Assembly (NCBI RefSeq): GCF_044704955.1
Contig: NW_027252668.1
Location: 3,534,001 to 3,598,000 of the forward strand
DNA length: 64,000 bases
Source of the DNA: Pristiophorus japonicus
Taxonomy: Eukaryota
Direction of reading: 5' to 3'
In this document: positions 24,940-38,703 of the stretch, one piece after another
Position numbering within the stretch: position 1 is the first letter of the stretch
Layout: each line of letters starts with the position of its first letter
Position numbers and translations under genes: made by a program
Notes under the pieces: generated by a model
Database searches by the model: none
Told to the model about the DNA's origin: nothing
Seen by the model: the letters and a program-made list of their open reading frames with translations, nothing else

Positions 24940-25067
24940 AATAGCAGCGAACCTGGGGACTAGGAGAAATTTAGAACTCAGCAGAGGAGGACAAAGGGTT
25001 TGATTAGGGCAGGGAAAATGGAATACGAGAAGAAGCTTGCAGGGAACATTAAGGCGGATTGCAAAAG
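24940..25067 (+). mobile_element. Short internal CR1 fragment
   Basis: Matches about 848-975. Confidence 0.85.
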
Positions 25068-25074
25068 ATCACGT

Positions 25075-25205
25075 TTGATTCGCTGAGCGCGCTCTGCGCA
25101 TGTCCCGGATCCCCGGATGTTGACGGTTGGTGAAGGAAAAAGCAAAATGGCGGAAAGCAAGCGAAGAGAGCGCGGCCGGAGAGAGAGCCGGGGCTGAGGG
25201 TGAGT
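25075..25205 (+). promoter_or_regulatory. CpG-rich promoter and first-exon-like segment
   Basis: TGCGCATG, YY1-type AAAATGGCGG near 25144, donor GTGAGT at 25200. Confidence 0.55.
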
Positions 25206-25620
25206 GTCCCGGGGGGAGAGGGAGCCGGGAGCCGGGGGGAGAGGGAGCCGGGAGCCGGGGGGAGAGGGAGCCGGGAGCCGGGGGCTGAGGGTGAGTGTCC
25301 CGGGGGGAGAGAGAGCCGGAGGCTGAGGGTGAGTGTCCCGGGGGCTGAGGGAGCCGGGGGCTGAGGGTGAGTGTCCCGGGAGGGAGAGGGAGCCGGGGGC
25401 TGAGGGTGAGTGTCCCGGGGAGAGAGAGCGCCGGGGGCTGAGGGATAGTGTCCCGGGGGGAGAGGGAGCCGGGGTCTGAGGGTGAGTGTCCCGGGGGGGA
25501 GTGGGAGCCGGGGGCTGAGGGATAGTGTCCCGGGGGGAGAGGGAGCCGGGGTCTGAGGGTGAGTGTCCCGGGGGCTGAGGGCGTGTCCTGGGATGGGGTG
25601 CGGGGGGTGAAGAGGGAGCC
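25185..25620 (+). repeat. G-rich ~38-bp minisatellite containing GTGAGT
   Basis: Unit approx. GAGCCGGGGGCTGAGGGTGAGTGTCCCGGGGGGAGAGG. Confidence 0.92.
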
Positions 25621-25818
25621 GACACTTGCTCTAGTGCTAGAGACTGGCGGGTACAGAATATAACCAACACTCACATACCAATTACTGACAGTTACAGCTT
25701 TAATCCACACTCACAAACCAGATACTGACAGGTACATATTGAGCACCACACTTATCTACCAGAAACTGAGAGATGCAGAATAAAACCCGCACTCTTACAT
25801 CAGAAACTGACAGGTACT

Positions 25819-27036
25819 GAGTCTTAAGAGAAGTAGCGACAGGGATAGTGGAATGCATTGGTTGTAATTTACCAAAATTCCCTGGATTCTGGGGAGGTCC
25901 CAGCAGATTGGGAAACTGCAAATATAATGCCCCTATTTAAAAAAAGGACAAATAACAAAAAGCAGGAAACTATAGACCAGTTAGCTCAACATCAGTGGTT
26001 GGGAAAATGTTGGAGCCCATTATTAAAGAAGCAATAGCAGGACATTTGGAAAAGCATAATTCAGTCAGACAGAGTCAGCATGGATTTATGAAGGGGAATT
26101 CATGTTTGACAAATTTGCTGGTATTCTTTGAGGATGTAACGAACAGGGTGGTAAAGGGGAACCAGTGGATGTGGTGTATTTGGACTTCCAGAAGGCATTT
26201 GACAAGGTGCCGCATAAAAGATTACCGCACAAGATAAAAGTTCACGGGGTTGAGGATAATATATTAGCATGGATAGAGGATTGGCTAACTAGAGAGTCGG
26301 GATAAATGGTTCATTCTCGGGTTGGCAACCAGTAACTAGTGGGGTGCCACAGGGATCAGTGCTGGGGCCCCACTATTTACACTCTATATTAACGACTTGG
26401 AAGAAGAGACCGAGTAGAACATAGTCAAGTTTGCTGACGATACAAAGTTGGGAGGAAAAGATGTGTGTGATAAGTACACAAAAAACCTGCAAAAGGACAG
26501 ACAGGCTAAGTGATTGGGCAAAAATTTGGCAGATGGAGTATAATGTTGGAAAGTGTGAGGTTATGCACTTTGGCAGAAAAAAATTGAAGAACAAGTTCTT
26601 ATTTAAATGGAGAAAAATTGTAAAGTGCTGCAGTACTGGGGGTCCTGGTGCATGAAATCAAAAGGTTATTATGCATGTACAGCAAGTAATCAGGAAGGTC
26701 AATGGAATGTTGGCCTTTATTGCAAAGGGGATGGAGTATAAAAGCAGGGAAGTCTTGCTGCAGTTATATTGGCGAAGCCACACCTGGAATACTGTGTACA
26801 GTTTTGGTTTCCATATTTAAGAAAGGATATACTAGTTTTGGAGGCAGTTCAGAGAAGGTTCACTAGGTTGATTCTGGAGATGAGGGGGTTGACTGATGAG
26901 GGAACGTTGGCCTCTACTCCTTGGAATTGAGAAGAATGAGAGGTGATCTTATCAAAATTTATAAGATTATGAGGGGGCTTGACAAGGTGGATGCAGAGAG
27001 GATGTTTCCACTGATAGGGGAGACTAGAACTTGGGG
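25819..27036 (+). mobile_element. Degenerate CR1 fragment
   Basis: RT fragments (QSQHGFMKG; FADD region). Confidence 0.9.
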
Positions 27037-27037
27037 G

Positions 27038-27945
27038 CAGAGAAACAGAAAATAGGTGCAGTAGGTCATTTGGCCATTCGGGTCTGCACCACCATTCTGA
27101 TGGCTGATCATTCCCTCAGTACCCTTTTCCTGCTTTCTCTCCATACCCCTTGATCCCTTTAGCCACAAGGGCCATATCTAACTCCCTCTTGAATATATCC
27201 AATGAACTGGCATCAACAACTCTCTGCGGCAGGGAATTCCACAGGTTAACAACTCTGAGTGAAGAAGTTTCTCCTCATCTCAGTCCTAAATGGCCTACCC
27301 CTTATCCTAAGACTGTGTCCCCTGGTTCTGGACTTCCCCAACATCGGGAACAATCTACCCGCATCTAACCTGTCTCGTCCCATCCCGTCAGAATCTTTTA
27401 TGTTTCTGAGATCCCCTCTCATCCTTCTAAACTCCAATGTATAAAGGCCCAGTTGATCCAGTCTCTCCCCATATGTCAGTCCAGGAATCAGTCTGGTGAA
27501 CCTTTGCTGCACTCCCTCAATAGAAAGAATGTCCTTCCTCAGATTAGGAGACCAAAATTGAACACAATATTCCAGGTGAGACTTCCCCAAGGCCCTGTAC
27601 AACTGCAGTAAGACCTCCCTGCTCCTATACTCAAATCCCCTAGCTATGAAGGCCAACATACCATTTGCCTTCTTTACCACCTGCTGCACCTGTATGCCAA
27701 TGTTTCAATGACACCCAGGTCTCGTTGCATCTCCTTTTCCTAATCTGCCACCATTCAGATAATCTGTCTTTGCGTTTTAGCCCCCAAAGTGGATAAGCTC
27801 ACATTTATCCACATTATACTGCAATATGCCATGCATTTGCCCACTCACCTAACCTGTCTAAGTCACCCTGCAGCCTCTTAGCGTTCCCCTCACAGCTCAC
27901 ACCGCAACCCAGTTTAGTGTCATCTGCAAACTTGGAGATATTATA
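27038..27945 (-). mobile_element. CR1 3' fragment
   Basis: ORF 27246..27689; tail near 27040. Confidence 0.9.
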
Positions 27946-28215
27946 GGCATAATCGTAGAATTAGTGGCAGCCCATTTAAAACTGAGATGAGGAGGAATTT
28001 CCTCATATCAGAGGGTTGTAAATTCATTGCTTCAGAGAGCTGTGGAAGCTGGGTCATTGAATAAATTTAAGACAATTTCTTAACCGATAAGGGATTATGG
28101 CACGCGGGGAGGGAAGTGAAGCTGAGTCCATGAACGGATCAGGCAGGATCGTATTAAATGGCGGAGCAGGCTCGAGGGGCCGTATGGCCTACTCTTTTTC
28201 TCCTATTTCTTATGT

Positions 28216-29722
28216 AGACAGATACACACTCCCATACCAGAGACAGACTTGCACAGAGATAGATATACACTCCCGTAGTAGACACTGATGGGCACAGAAA
28301 TAGATACCTATTCCCATACCAGAGACTGACAGGCAAAGAGATAGATACATACTCCCATACCATGACAAGCATAGAGATAGATACATACTTCCATACCACA
28401 GACTGATAGGCACAGAGATAGATACATACTCCCATACCAGAGACTGACAGGCACTGAGATAGTTACATACTGACCAGCACACAGATAGATACATACTCCC
28501 ATACCAGAGATTGACAGCACAGTGACAGATACATACTCCCATTCACGACTCTGACTGGCACAGAGAATAGATTATTACTCCCATAGCAGATTCGCGTACC
28601 AGAGACTGACCGGCACAGAGATAGATACATACTCCCTACCAGAAACTGATCGGCACATGGATAGATACATAGTCCCATACTGGACACCACCGGACACAGT
28701 TACATTCTCCCACACCAGAGACTGACAGCACAGAGATATACACGTACTCCTATACCAGAGAATAACGGGCACAAAGATAGATACAAACTCCCATACCCGA
28801 GATTGACAGGCACACAGATAGATACATACTCCCATACCAAAGACTGACAGGCACAGTGATAGATACATGCCTACATACCAGGCACAGATAGATATATAGT
28901 CCCACACCAGACACTGACTTGCACAGAGATGGATACATATTCTCATACCAGACACTGACTGGCACAGATACATAGTCCCATACCGGAGACTGACAGCACA
29001 CAGATGGATACATACTCCCACACCCGACACTGACTGGCACAGAGTTAGATACATACTCCGATACCAGAGACTGACAGGCACACAGATAGATACTTACTCC
29101 CATACCAGAGAATGGCAGGCGCAGAGATAAATACGTACTCCCATACCAGAGATTGTAGGTGCAGAGATAGATACATACTCCCATACCCGACACTGACTGG
29201 CAGAGATAGATACATACTCCCATACCAGACACTGACAAGCACAGAGCTAGATACCAGGCCCATATCAGAGACTAAATGGCGCAGTGATAGATACATACTC
29301 CCAGACCATAGACTGACCGGCACACAGATAAATACATATTCCCATACTAGAGAATAGCAGGCATAGAGATAGATACATACTCCCATACCCAACTCTGACT
29401 CGCACAGAGATAGATACATAGTCCCATACCAGAAACGGACAGCACAGACAGATACATATTCCTATACAAGACACTAACCGGCACACAGATAAATACATAC
29501 TCCCATACCAGAGATTGACAGGCAGAGAGATAGTTACATACTCCCGTACAAGATACTGACAGGCACACAGATACATACATAATCCCATACCAGCGACTGA
29601 CTGCACAGAGATAGATACACTCACTCATACCAGACAATGACATAGATACATACTCCCACGCCAGAGACCGACAGCACAGAGATAGATACATACTCCCAGA
29701 CTAGAGAATGACAGGCACAGAG
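28216..29722 (+). repeat. 41-bp satellite array
   Basis: Same unit; preceded by a CR1 tail at about 27965-28214. Confidence 0.95.
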
Positions 29723-30900
29723 ATAGAAACATAGAAAATAGTTGGAGGAGTAGGCCATTCGGCCCTTCGAGCCTACACCGCCATTCAAAAGATCATGGCT
29801 GATCATTCCTTCAGTACCCCTTTCCTGCTTACTCTCCATACCCCTGGATCCCCTTAACCCTAAGAGCCATATCTAACTCCCTCTTGAATATATCCAATGA
29901 ACTGGCATAAACAACTCTCTCTGGCAGGGAATTCCACAGGTCAACAACTCTGAGTGAAGAAGTTTCTCCTCATCTCAGTCCTAAATGGCCTACCCCTTAT
30001 CCTAAGAATATGGCCCCTGGTTCTGGACTTCCCCAACATCGAGAACATTCTTCCTGCATCTAACCTGTCCAGTCCCGTCCGAACCTTGTGTTTCTATATG
30101 AGATCCCCTCTCATCCTTCTAAACACCAATGAATAAAGGCCCAGTTGATCCAGTCTCTCCTCATATAACAGCCCAGCCATCCCTGGAATCAGTCTGGTGA
30201 ACCTTTGCTGCACTCCCTCAGCAGCAAGAACGTCCTTCCTCAGACTAGGAGACCAAAAGTGAACACAATATTCCAGGTGAGGCCTCACTAAGGCCCTGTA
30301 CAATTGCAGTAAGACCTCCCTGCTCCTATATTCAAATTCCCTAGCTATGAAGGCCAACATACCATTTGCCTTCTTGACCGCCTGCTGTACCTGCGTGCCC
30401 ACTTTGTGACCGATGAACCATGACACCCAGGTCTCGTTGCACCTCCAATTTTTCTAGTCTGCCGCTGTTCAGATAATATTCTGCCTTTGTGTTTTTGCCC
30501 CCAAAATGGATAACCTCACATTTATCCACATTATACTGCATCTGCCATGTATTTGCCCACTCACCTAATCTGTCCAAGTCACCCTTCAGCCTCTTAGCGT
30601 CCTCCTCACAGCTCACACCGCCACCCAGTTTAGTGTCATCCGCAAACTTGGAGATATTACACTCGATTCCTTCATCCAAATCGTTAATGTATATTGTAAA
30701 GAGCTGGGGTCCCAGCACCGAGCCCTGCGGCAGCCCACTAGTAACTGCCTGCCATTCTGAAAAGGACCTGTTTATCCTGACTCTCTGCTTCCTGTCTGTC
30801 AACCAGTTCTCTATCCACGTCAGTACATTACCCCCAATACCATGCGCTTTGATTTTGTACACCAATCTCTTGTGCGGGACCTTGTCAAAAGCCTTTTGAA
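29723..30900 (-). mobile_element. CR1 3' fragment in satellite
   Basis: ORFs 30094..30426 and 30341..31045. Confidence 0.93.
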
Positions 30901-30997
30901 ATAGATACTTATTCCCATACCAGAGAGTGAGAGGCTCAGAGATCGATACATACTCCCATACTAGAGACTGACAGGCATGGAGATAGATACATACTAC

Positions 30998-31310
30998 CAT
31001 CATCATCATAGGTAGTCCCTCGAGTCGAGGATGACTTGCTTCCACACCAAAAAGTTCAAAGGTGTTTCAATGAAGGACATAATATTCTAGGTCCCGAACT
31101 AAATCTTAAAAGGTGAAAGATTGCTGTGCGTGGATTTTTTAAATGTTTGGTGACTGTTGCACACCAGCCGCCACACGGACATGACAGAGCTAGGTCTTGG
31201 TCCAGTGGCAAGATGACTGGAGACCAGCTCTGCTGCAAAGACATATTGAGCACACATATTGCAGTGTGGGCTGGCCCAAGCTGCCCCTGGGCCCTCGCCT
31301 CTTCTGGGGC
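30998..31310 (-). mobile_element. Bipartite RTE-derived retroposon, copy 2
   Basis: (CAT)n tail at 30998; homologous to 6424-6766. Confidence 0.65.
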
Positions 31311-32261
31311 AATACTCCCAAACCAGAGACTGTCTTGCACACAGATCGATACATACTCGCGTACCAGAAACTGACAGGCACAGTGATAGATGCATACTCC
31401 CATACCAGTGAATGGAAGACACAAAGATAGATACGTACTCCCATACCAGAGATTGACAGGCATAGAGATAGATATATACTGCCATATGCGACACTGACTG
31501 GCAAACAGAAAGATACATACGCCAGACCAGAGAATGAATGACACAGATAGATACATTCCCCCATACCAGAGACTGACATGCACAGAGATAGATACATACC
31601 CCCATACCAGACACTGACAGAGATAGATACATACTCCCATACCGGAGACTGATGGGCACACAGATAGATACTTAATTCCATACCAGGCACTGGCAGGGAC
31701 AGAGAGATACATACTGACAGGCGCAGAGATAGATGCATACTCCCAGACCAGAGACTGACTTGCACACAGATAGATACATAATCTCATACCAGAGATTGTA
31801 GGCGCAGAGATAGATACATACTCCCATACCAGAGAATGGCAGGCACAGAGATAGATATATATGCTCATTCCAGACACTGACTGGCACAGAGATAGATACA
31901 TACTCCCATACCAGAAAATGACAGGCACACAGATAAATACATATTCCCATACCAGAGAATAGCAGGCACAGAGATAGATACGTACTCCCGTACCAGAGAC
32001 TGACCGGCATAGAGGTAGATAAATACTTCCACACCAGACACTGACAGGCACAGAGATAGGTACATACTCCCACACCAGAGACTGATAGGTACAGAGTTAG
32101 ATACATACTCCCAGACCAGGGAATGACAGGTACAGAGATAGATACGTACGCTCGTACCAGAGACTGACAGGCACAGTGAAAGATACATACTCCCATACCA
32201 GAGATTGACAGGCATAGAGATAGATACATACACCCATACCGGACACTGACAGCACACAGAT
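31311..32261 (+). repeat. 41-bp satellite array
   Basis: Same unit. Confidence 0.95.
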
Positions 32262-33778
32262 AAAGATGAAATAGCAGCACATTTGGAAAGCAGTGACAGA
32301 ATCGGTCCAAGTCAGCATGGATTTATGAAAGCGAAATCATGCTTGACAAATCGTCTGTAATTTTGAGAATGTAACTAGTAGAGTGGACATGGGAGAACCA
32401 GTGGATGTGGTGTATTTGGACTTTCAAAAGGCTTTTGACACGGTCCCACACGAGATTGGTGTGCAAAATTAAAGCACATGGTATTGGGGGTAATGTACTG
32501 ACATGGATAGAGAACTGGTTGGCAGACAGGAAGCAGAGAGTCGGGATAAACGGGTCCTTTTCAGATGACAGGCAGTGACTAGTGGGGTGCCGCAGGGCTC
32601 AGTGCTGGGACCCCAGCTATTAACATTAATGATTGAGATGAAGGAATTGAGTGTAATATTTCCAAGTTTGCAGATGACACTAAACTGGGTGGCGGTGTGA
32701 GCTGTGAGGAGGACGCTAAGAGGCTGCAGGGTGACTTGGACAGGTTAGGTGAGTGGGCAAATGCATGACAGATGCAGTACAATGTGGATAAATGTGACGT
32801 AATCCACTTTGGGGGCAAAAACACGAAGGCAGATTATTATCTGAATGGCGGCAGATTAGGAAAAGGAGAGATGCAATGAGAGCTGGGTGTCATGGTACAT
32901 CAGCCATTGAAAGCTGGCATGCAGGTACAGCAGGTGGTGAAGAAGGCAAATGTTATGTTGGCCTTCGTAGCTAGGGGTTTTGAGTATGGGAACAGGGAGG
33001 TCTTACTGCAGTTGTACAGGGCCTTGGTGAGGCCTCACCTGGAATATTGTGTTCAGTTTTGGTGGTCTAATCTGAAGAAGGACGTTCTTGCTATTGAGCG
33101 AGTGCAGCGAAGGTTCACCAGACTGATTCCCAGGATGGCTGGACTGACATGAGGAGCCATGACCTTGTTGAATGGCGGAGCGGGCTTCAGAGGCTAGATG
33201 GCCTACTCCTGTTCCTAATTCTTATGTTCTTATGAAAGACTGGATCGACTGGGCCTGTATTCACTGGAGTTTCGAAGGATGAGAGGGAATCTCATGGAAA
33301 CATATAAAATTCTGACGAACTGGACAGGTTAGATGCAGAAGGAATGTTTCCGATGTTGGGGATGTCCCGTACCAGAGACTGACAGGCACAGAGATAGATG
33401 CATACTCCCATACCAGAGACTGACAGGCACACAGATAGATACATACTCCCAGACCAGAGACTGGGGAAGTCCAGAACCAGAGGACATAGTCTTAGGATAA
33501 GGGATAGGCCATTTAGGACTGAGATGAGGAGAAACTTCTTCACTCAGAGAGTTGTTGACCTGTGGAATTCCCTACCGCAGAGAGTTGTTGATGCCAGTTC
33601 ATTGGATATATTCAAGAGAGAGTTAGATATGGCCCTGACGGCTAAAGAAATCAAGGGGTATGGAGAGAAAGCAGGAAAGGGGTACTGAGGTGAAGGATCA
33701 GCCATGATCTTATTGAATTTTGGTGTAGGCTCGACGGGCCGAAAGGCCGACTCCTGCATCTATTTTCTATGTTTCTAT
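32262..33778 (+). mobile_element. CR1 fragment with nested CR1 tail (~33155-33233) and satellite insert (33368-33461)
   Basis: RT region with stops; tail TTTTCTATGTTTCTAT. Confidence 0.92.
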
Positions 33779-33864
33779 AGTCCCATACCAGAGACTGCCA
33801 GGCATAGAGATAGATACATACTCCTATACCAGAGACTGACGGGCACAGAGATAGGTACATATTC

Positions 33865-34190
33865 CATCATCATCATAGGCAGTCCCTCAAGTCGAGGATG
33901 ACTTGCTTCCACACCATAAAGTTCACAGGTGTTTGAATGAAGGACCTAATATTCCAGGTCCTGAACTAAATCTTGAAGGGTGGAAGATGCCTGTGCGTGG
34001 ATTTTTTTATCGTGTGGTGGCCGTTGCACACCAGCCACCACACGGACTTGACAGAGCTAGGTCTTGGTCTAGTGGCAAGGATTAACCAAGGCGACTGGAA
34101 ACCGCCTCTGCTGCAAGGACATCATGCGCACACATATCGCAGTGTGGGCTGGACCGTGCTGCCTCTGGGCCCTCGCCTCTTCTGGGGCGA
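33865..34190 (-). mobile_element. Bipartite RTE-derived retroposon, copy 3
   Basis: Same 5' endpoint and flank as copy 2. Confidence 0.65.
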
Positions 34191-34668
34191 TACTCCCAAA
34201 CCAGAGACTGACAGCACACCGATAGATACATACTGCCATACCAGACACTGACAAGCATAGAGATAGATACATACTCCCACATTTGACACTGACAGGCACA
34301 GAGACAGACTCGTACTCCCGTACCAGATCGTGTAGGTACAGAGACAGATACGTACTCCCGTACCAGATCGTGTAGGTACAGAGACAGATACGTACTCCTG
34401 TACCAGATCATGTAGGCACAGAGACAGATACGCACTCCCATACCAGAGATTGTAGGCACAGAGACAGATACGTACTCCCATACCAGAGACTGACAGCGCA
34501 GAGATAGTTACACAGTCCCATATCAGAGACTGACAGATACAGTGATAGACGCATACTCCCATACCCGAGACTGACGGGCACAGTTAGATACAAACTCCCA
34601 TACCCGACACTGTCAGGCACACAGATTGCTACATACTCCCATACCAGCAACTGACAGGCACAGAGAAA
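34191..34668 (+). repeat. 41-bp satellite with locally homogenised 40-bp sub-variant
   Basis: CGTACTCCCGTACCAGATCGTGTAGGTACAGAGACAGATA repeated at about 34310-34470. Confidence 0.9.
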
Positions 34669-36432
34669 GTTACTTGCAGTCGGATTCAGGTGAATTTATA
34701 ATGAGGAACAAAGAAATGGCAGATCAATTGAACAAATACTTCGGTTCTGTCTTCACGAAGGAAGACACAAATAACCTTCCGAATGTACTTGGGGATAGTG
34801 GGGCTAGCGAGAAGGAGGAACTGAAGGATATCCTTATTGGGCGGGAAATTGTGTTAGGGAAATTGATGGGATTAAAGGCCAATAAATCCCCGGGGCCTGA
34901 TCGTCTGCATCCCAGAGTACTTAAGGAAGTGGCCCTAGAAATAGTGGATGCATGGTGATCATTTTCCAATATTCTATTGACTCTGGATCAGTTCCTATAG
35001 ACTGGAGGGTAGCTAATGTAACACCACTTTTTAAAAAAGGAGGGAAAGAGAAAACAGGGAATTATAGACTGGTTATCCTGACGTCGGTGGTGGGGAAAAT
35101 GTTGGAATCAATCATTAAGGATGAAATAGCAGCGTATTTGGAAAGCAGTGACAGGATCGGGCCAAGTCAGCATGGATTTATGAAAGGGAAATCATGCTTG
35201 AACCTTCAAGATTTTTTTGAGGATGTAACGAGTAGAGTGGACAAGGGAAAACCAGTGGATGTGGTGTATTTGGACTTTCAAAAGGCTTTTGACAAGGTGC
35301 CGCACAAGAGATTGGTGTGCAAAATCAAAGAACATGGTATTGAGGGTAATGTATTGACGTGGATAGAGAACTGGTTGGTAGATAGGAAGCAGAGAGTCGG
35401 GATAAACGGGTCCTTTTCAGAATGGCAGGCAATGACTAATGGAGTGCCGCAGGGCTCAGTGCTGGGACCCCAGCTCTTTACAATATACATTAACGATTTA
35501 GATGAAGGAATTGAGTGTAATATCTTCAAGTTTGCAGATGACAATAAACTGGGTGGTGGTGTGAGCTGTGACTTGGACAGATTAGGTGAGTGGGCAAAGG
35601 CATGGCAGATGCAGTATAATGTGGATAAATGTGAGGTTATCCATTTTGGGGGCAAAAGCACGAAGGCAGATTATTATCTGAATGGCGGCAGATTAGGAAA
35701 AGGGGAGGTGCAACGAGACCTGGGTGTCATGGTTCATCAGTCATTGAAAGTTGGCATGCAGTTACAGAAGTCGGTGAAGGCGGCAAATGGTATGTTGGCC
35801 TTCATAGCTAGGGGATTTGCGTATAGGAGCAGGGAGGTCTTACTGCAGTTGTACAGGGCCTTGGTGTGGCCTCACCTGGAATATTGTGTTTAGTTTTAGT
35901 CTCCTAATCTGAGGAAGGACATTCTTGCTATTGAGGGAGTGCAGCGAAGGTTCACCAGACTGATTCCAGGGATGGCTGGACTGACCTATGAGGAGGGACT
36001 GCATTAATTGGTCCTTTATTCACTGCAGTTTAGAAGGATGAGAGGGGATCTCATAGAAACGTATAAGATTCTGACGGGACTGGACAGGTTAGGTGCGGGA
36101 AGAATGTTCTCGATGTTGGGAAAGTCCAGAACCAGGGGACACAGTCTTAGGATAAGGGGTAGGCCATTTAGGACTGAGATGAGGAGAAACTTCTTCACTC
36201 AGAGTTGTTAACCTGTGAAATTCCCTGCTGCAGAGAGTTGTTGATGCCAGTTCATTGAATATATTCAAGAGGGAGTTAGATATGGCCCTTATGGCTAAAG
36301 GGATCAAGTGGTATGGAGAGAAAGCAGGAAAGGGGTACTGAGGGAATGATCAGCCATGATCTTATTGAATGGCAGTGCAGGCTCTTAGTGCCAAATGGCC
36401 TACTCCTTCACCTATTTTCTTTGTTTTTATGT
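34669..36432 (+). mobile_element. CR1 fragment
   Basis: ORF 34952..35893 with RT motifs. Confidence 0.94.
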
Positions 36433-37193
36433 ACATATTGACAGGCACACAGATAGATACATACTCCCATGCCAGAAAGTGACACCACAGATAGATACAT
36501 ACTCCCATACCAGAGACGGACAGGCACACAGATAGATACATATTCTCATACCAGAGACTGACTGCGCAGAGATAGATATGTAGTCCCATACCAGAGATTG
36601 ACAGGCACACAGTTGGAAACATCCTTACCAGACAAACTGGCACAGATAGATACATACTCCCATACCAGAGACTGACAGCACAGAGACAGATACATACTCC
36701 CATACCAGGGACTGACAGATTCAAAGGAAAACCATCTCGGAATTAGGTCAAAAGTGGCAGTTATAGCATAAGACCCACAATAATAAATCAGCAGCTGATA
36801 AGTACAGAATAAAATCCAGACTCCCATAACAGACACTGCTAGATATGAGTAAAGCCCACACGCACATACCAGGGACCGATAGATACAGAGTGACACTCTC
36901 GCTCACGTACCAGAGACCGAGAGAAACAGACTAAAACCCACAATCACAAAGCTGAAAATGGTAGATACAAAGTAGTCCCCTCAATTCCGTATCAATAATT
37001 GACAGTTAGAAAGGAAAATGAATACTGGTATATCAAAGATATTGTTGGAAATCTCAGCGGGTCAGGCAGCATCAGTGGAGAGAGGAACAGAGTTTATGTT
37101 TCAGGTGGATGAGCCTTTATCATCGAACTGAAACGTTAACTAACTCACTCTCTCTCTCTCTCTTCACAGAAAGTGGATTAAAATTTGACTGGA

Positions 37194-37266
37194 TCCTACG
37201 GCCGTGAATTGAACCCAGATCAACTAGCTTGGAAGGCAGCTGTGCTCGCCACTCTACCACCATCAC
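37194..37266 (-). pseudogene. tRNA-Gly(TCC) pseudogene, unit B paralog
   Basis: Near-identical to 8141-8213. Confidence 0.85.
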
Positions 37267-37422
37267 ACGCATCAAGCGGGAAAGCATCGCTTTCTGTTTT
37301 TACACGTGTCTGTCAATCCCACACTGACACACTACCAGAGTGTGACAGATAGTGTCTTTACTATACTCCCAGTCAATCCCACTCTGACACACTACCAGAC
37401 AGTGACAGATACAGTGTCTTTA

Positions 37423-37506
37423 CAAGAGCAAGTAAAGCGGACAGGATTTAATGTAATAACCCAAAGGCTCTTTTCAGAGCCACCCACACTATCTGTGAAA
37501 GGGCTG
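37423..37506 (+). pseudogene. Orphan H2A 3' end with intact stem-loop and HDE
   Basis: AAGAGCAAGTAA (KSK*), GGCTCTTTTCAGAGCC-ACCCA at 37466; downstream flank matches about 13083-13700. Confidence 0.9.
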
Positions 37507-38113
37507 CTTTCTGTTCTGTGGATCACAATTGTCCCTGATCTAATTTTATACAAAATAGACGGAAGCTGAACGTCAGACCGCTAGTCATTGAACATGTTGG
37601 GACAGCCGAATGTGAAGCGGATAAGAGCCGAGTATAAAGGAATGAGCGGTTGATGGGCTCACTGACTTTTATACGGGCAATAATTCCCTAGGGAGAAATA
37701 TATGCATTCTGAACACATTAATCAATGAGGACTTTTATCCTTTTTTTAAATTTGCGTACAGAAGGATGGAATTCCAGCTCAAGGCTAATTTAAAATATCC
37801 CAAATAGTATCCGACCTGTGCCCGCATTAAGAGCTGGGTTAAAGGTGAGATACAGATTGCAGACAGCTCGTCCCCTCTCTGGAATCTGTCCCGGTATGTG
37901 CAGTGGGATCAATTCACTATCACATCTCCCACTCAGTTAGCGACCCACATTGGGCGGGTGTAGTCGGTATACTGGGCATCTGACTCGCATCTATACATGG
38001 ATCAAAGCCGCACCATCAGATAATCACCGCCTGCACTGCATAAAGCCCCAGTTATAGTAACACTACAAGACGTGTACGGTGTGTACACGGGACAGTTTGC
38101 GTGGAGCCGGTCG

Positions 38114-38154
38114 CAGCCCTTTCCTTTGCTGATTTGATGGCTCTGAAAAGAGCC
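38114..38154 (-). terminator. Histone stem-loop and HDE (H3)
   Basis: Minus GGCTCTTTTCAGAGCC at 38139-38154, followed by ATCAA rather than ACCCA; GAAAGGGCTG downstream. Confidence 0.9.
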
Positions 38155-38199
38155 GTTGTTGCACTTGGTGCGAAAGCTTGGAGCCCGGGCAGGAGTCGT

Positions 38200-38703
<504 letters not shown>

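Noticed and set aside
24978-25710. Proline-rich ORFs of over 200 aa, and antisense ORFs over the histones and Tx1
   Set aside because: Products of GC-rich minisatellite or shadow frames with no independent coding evidence
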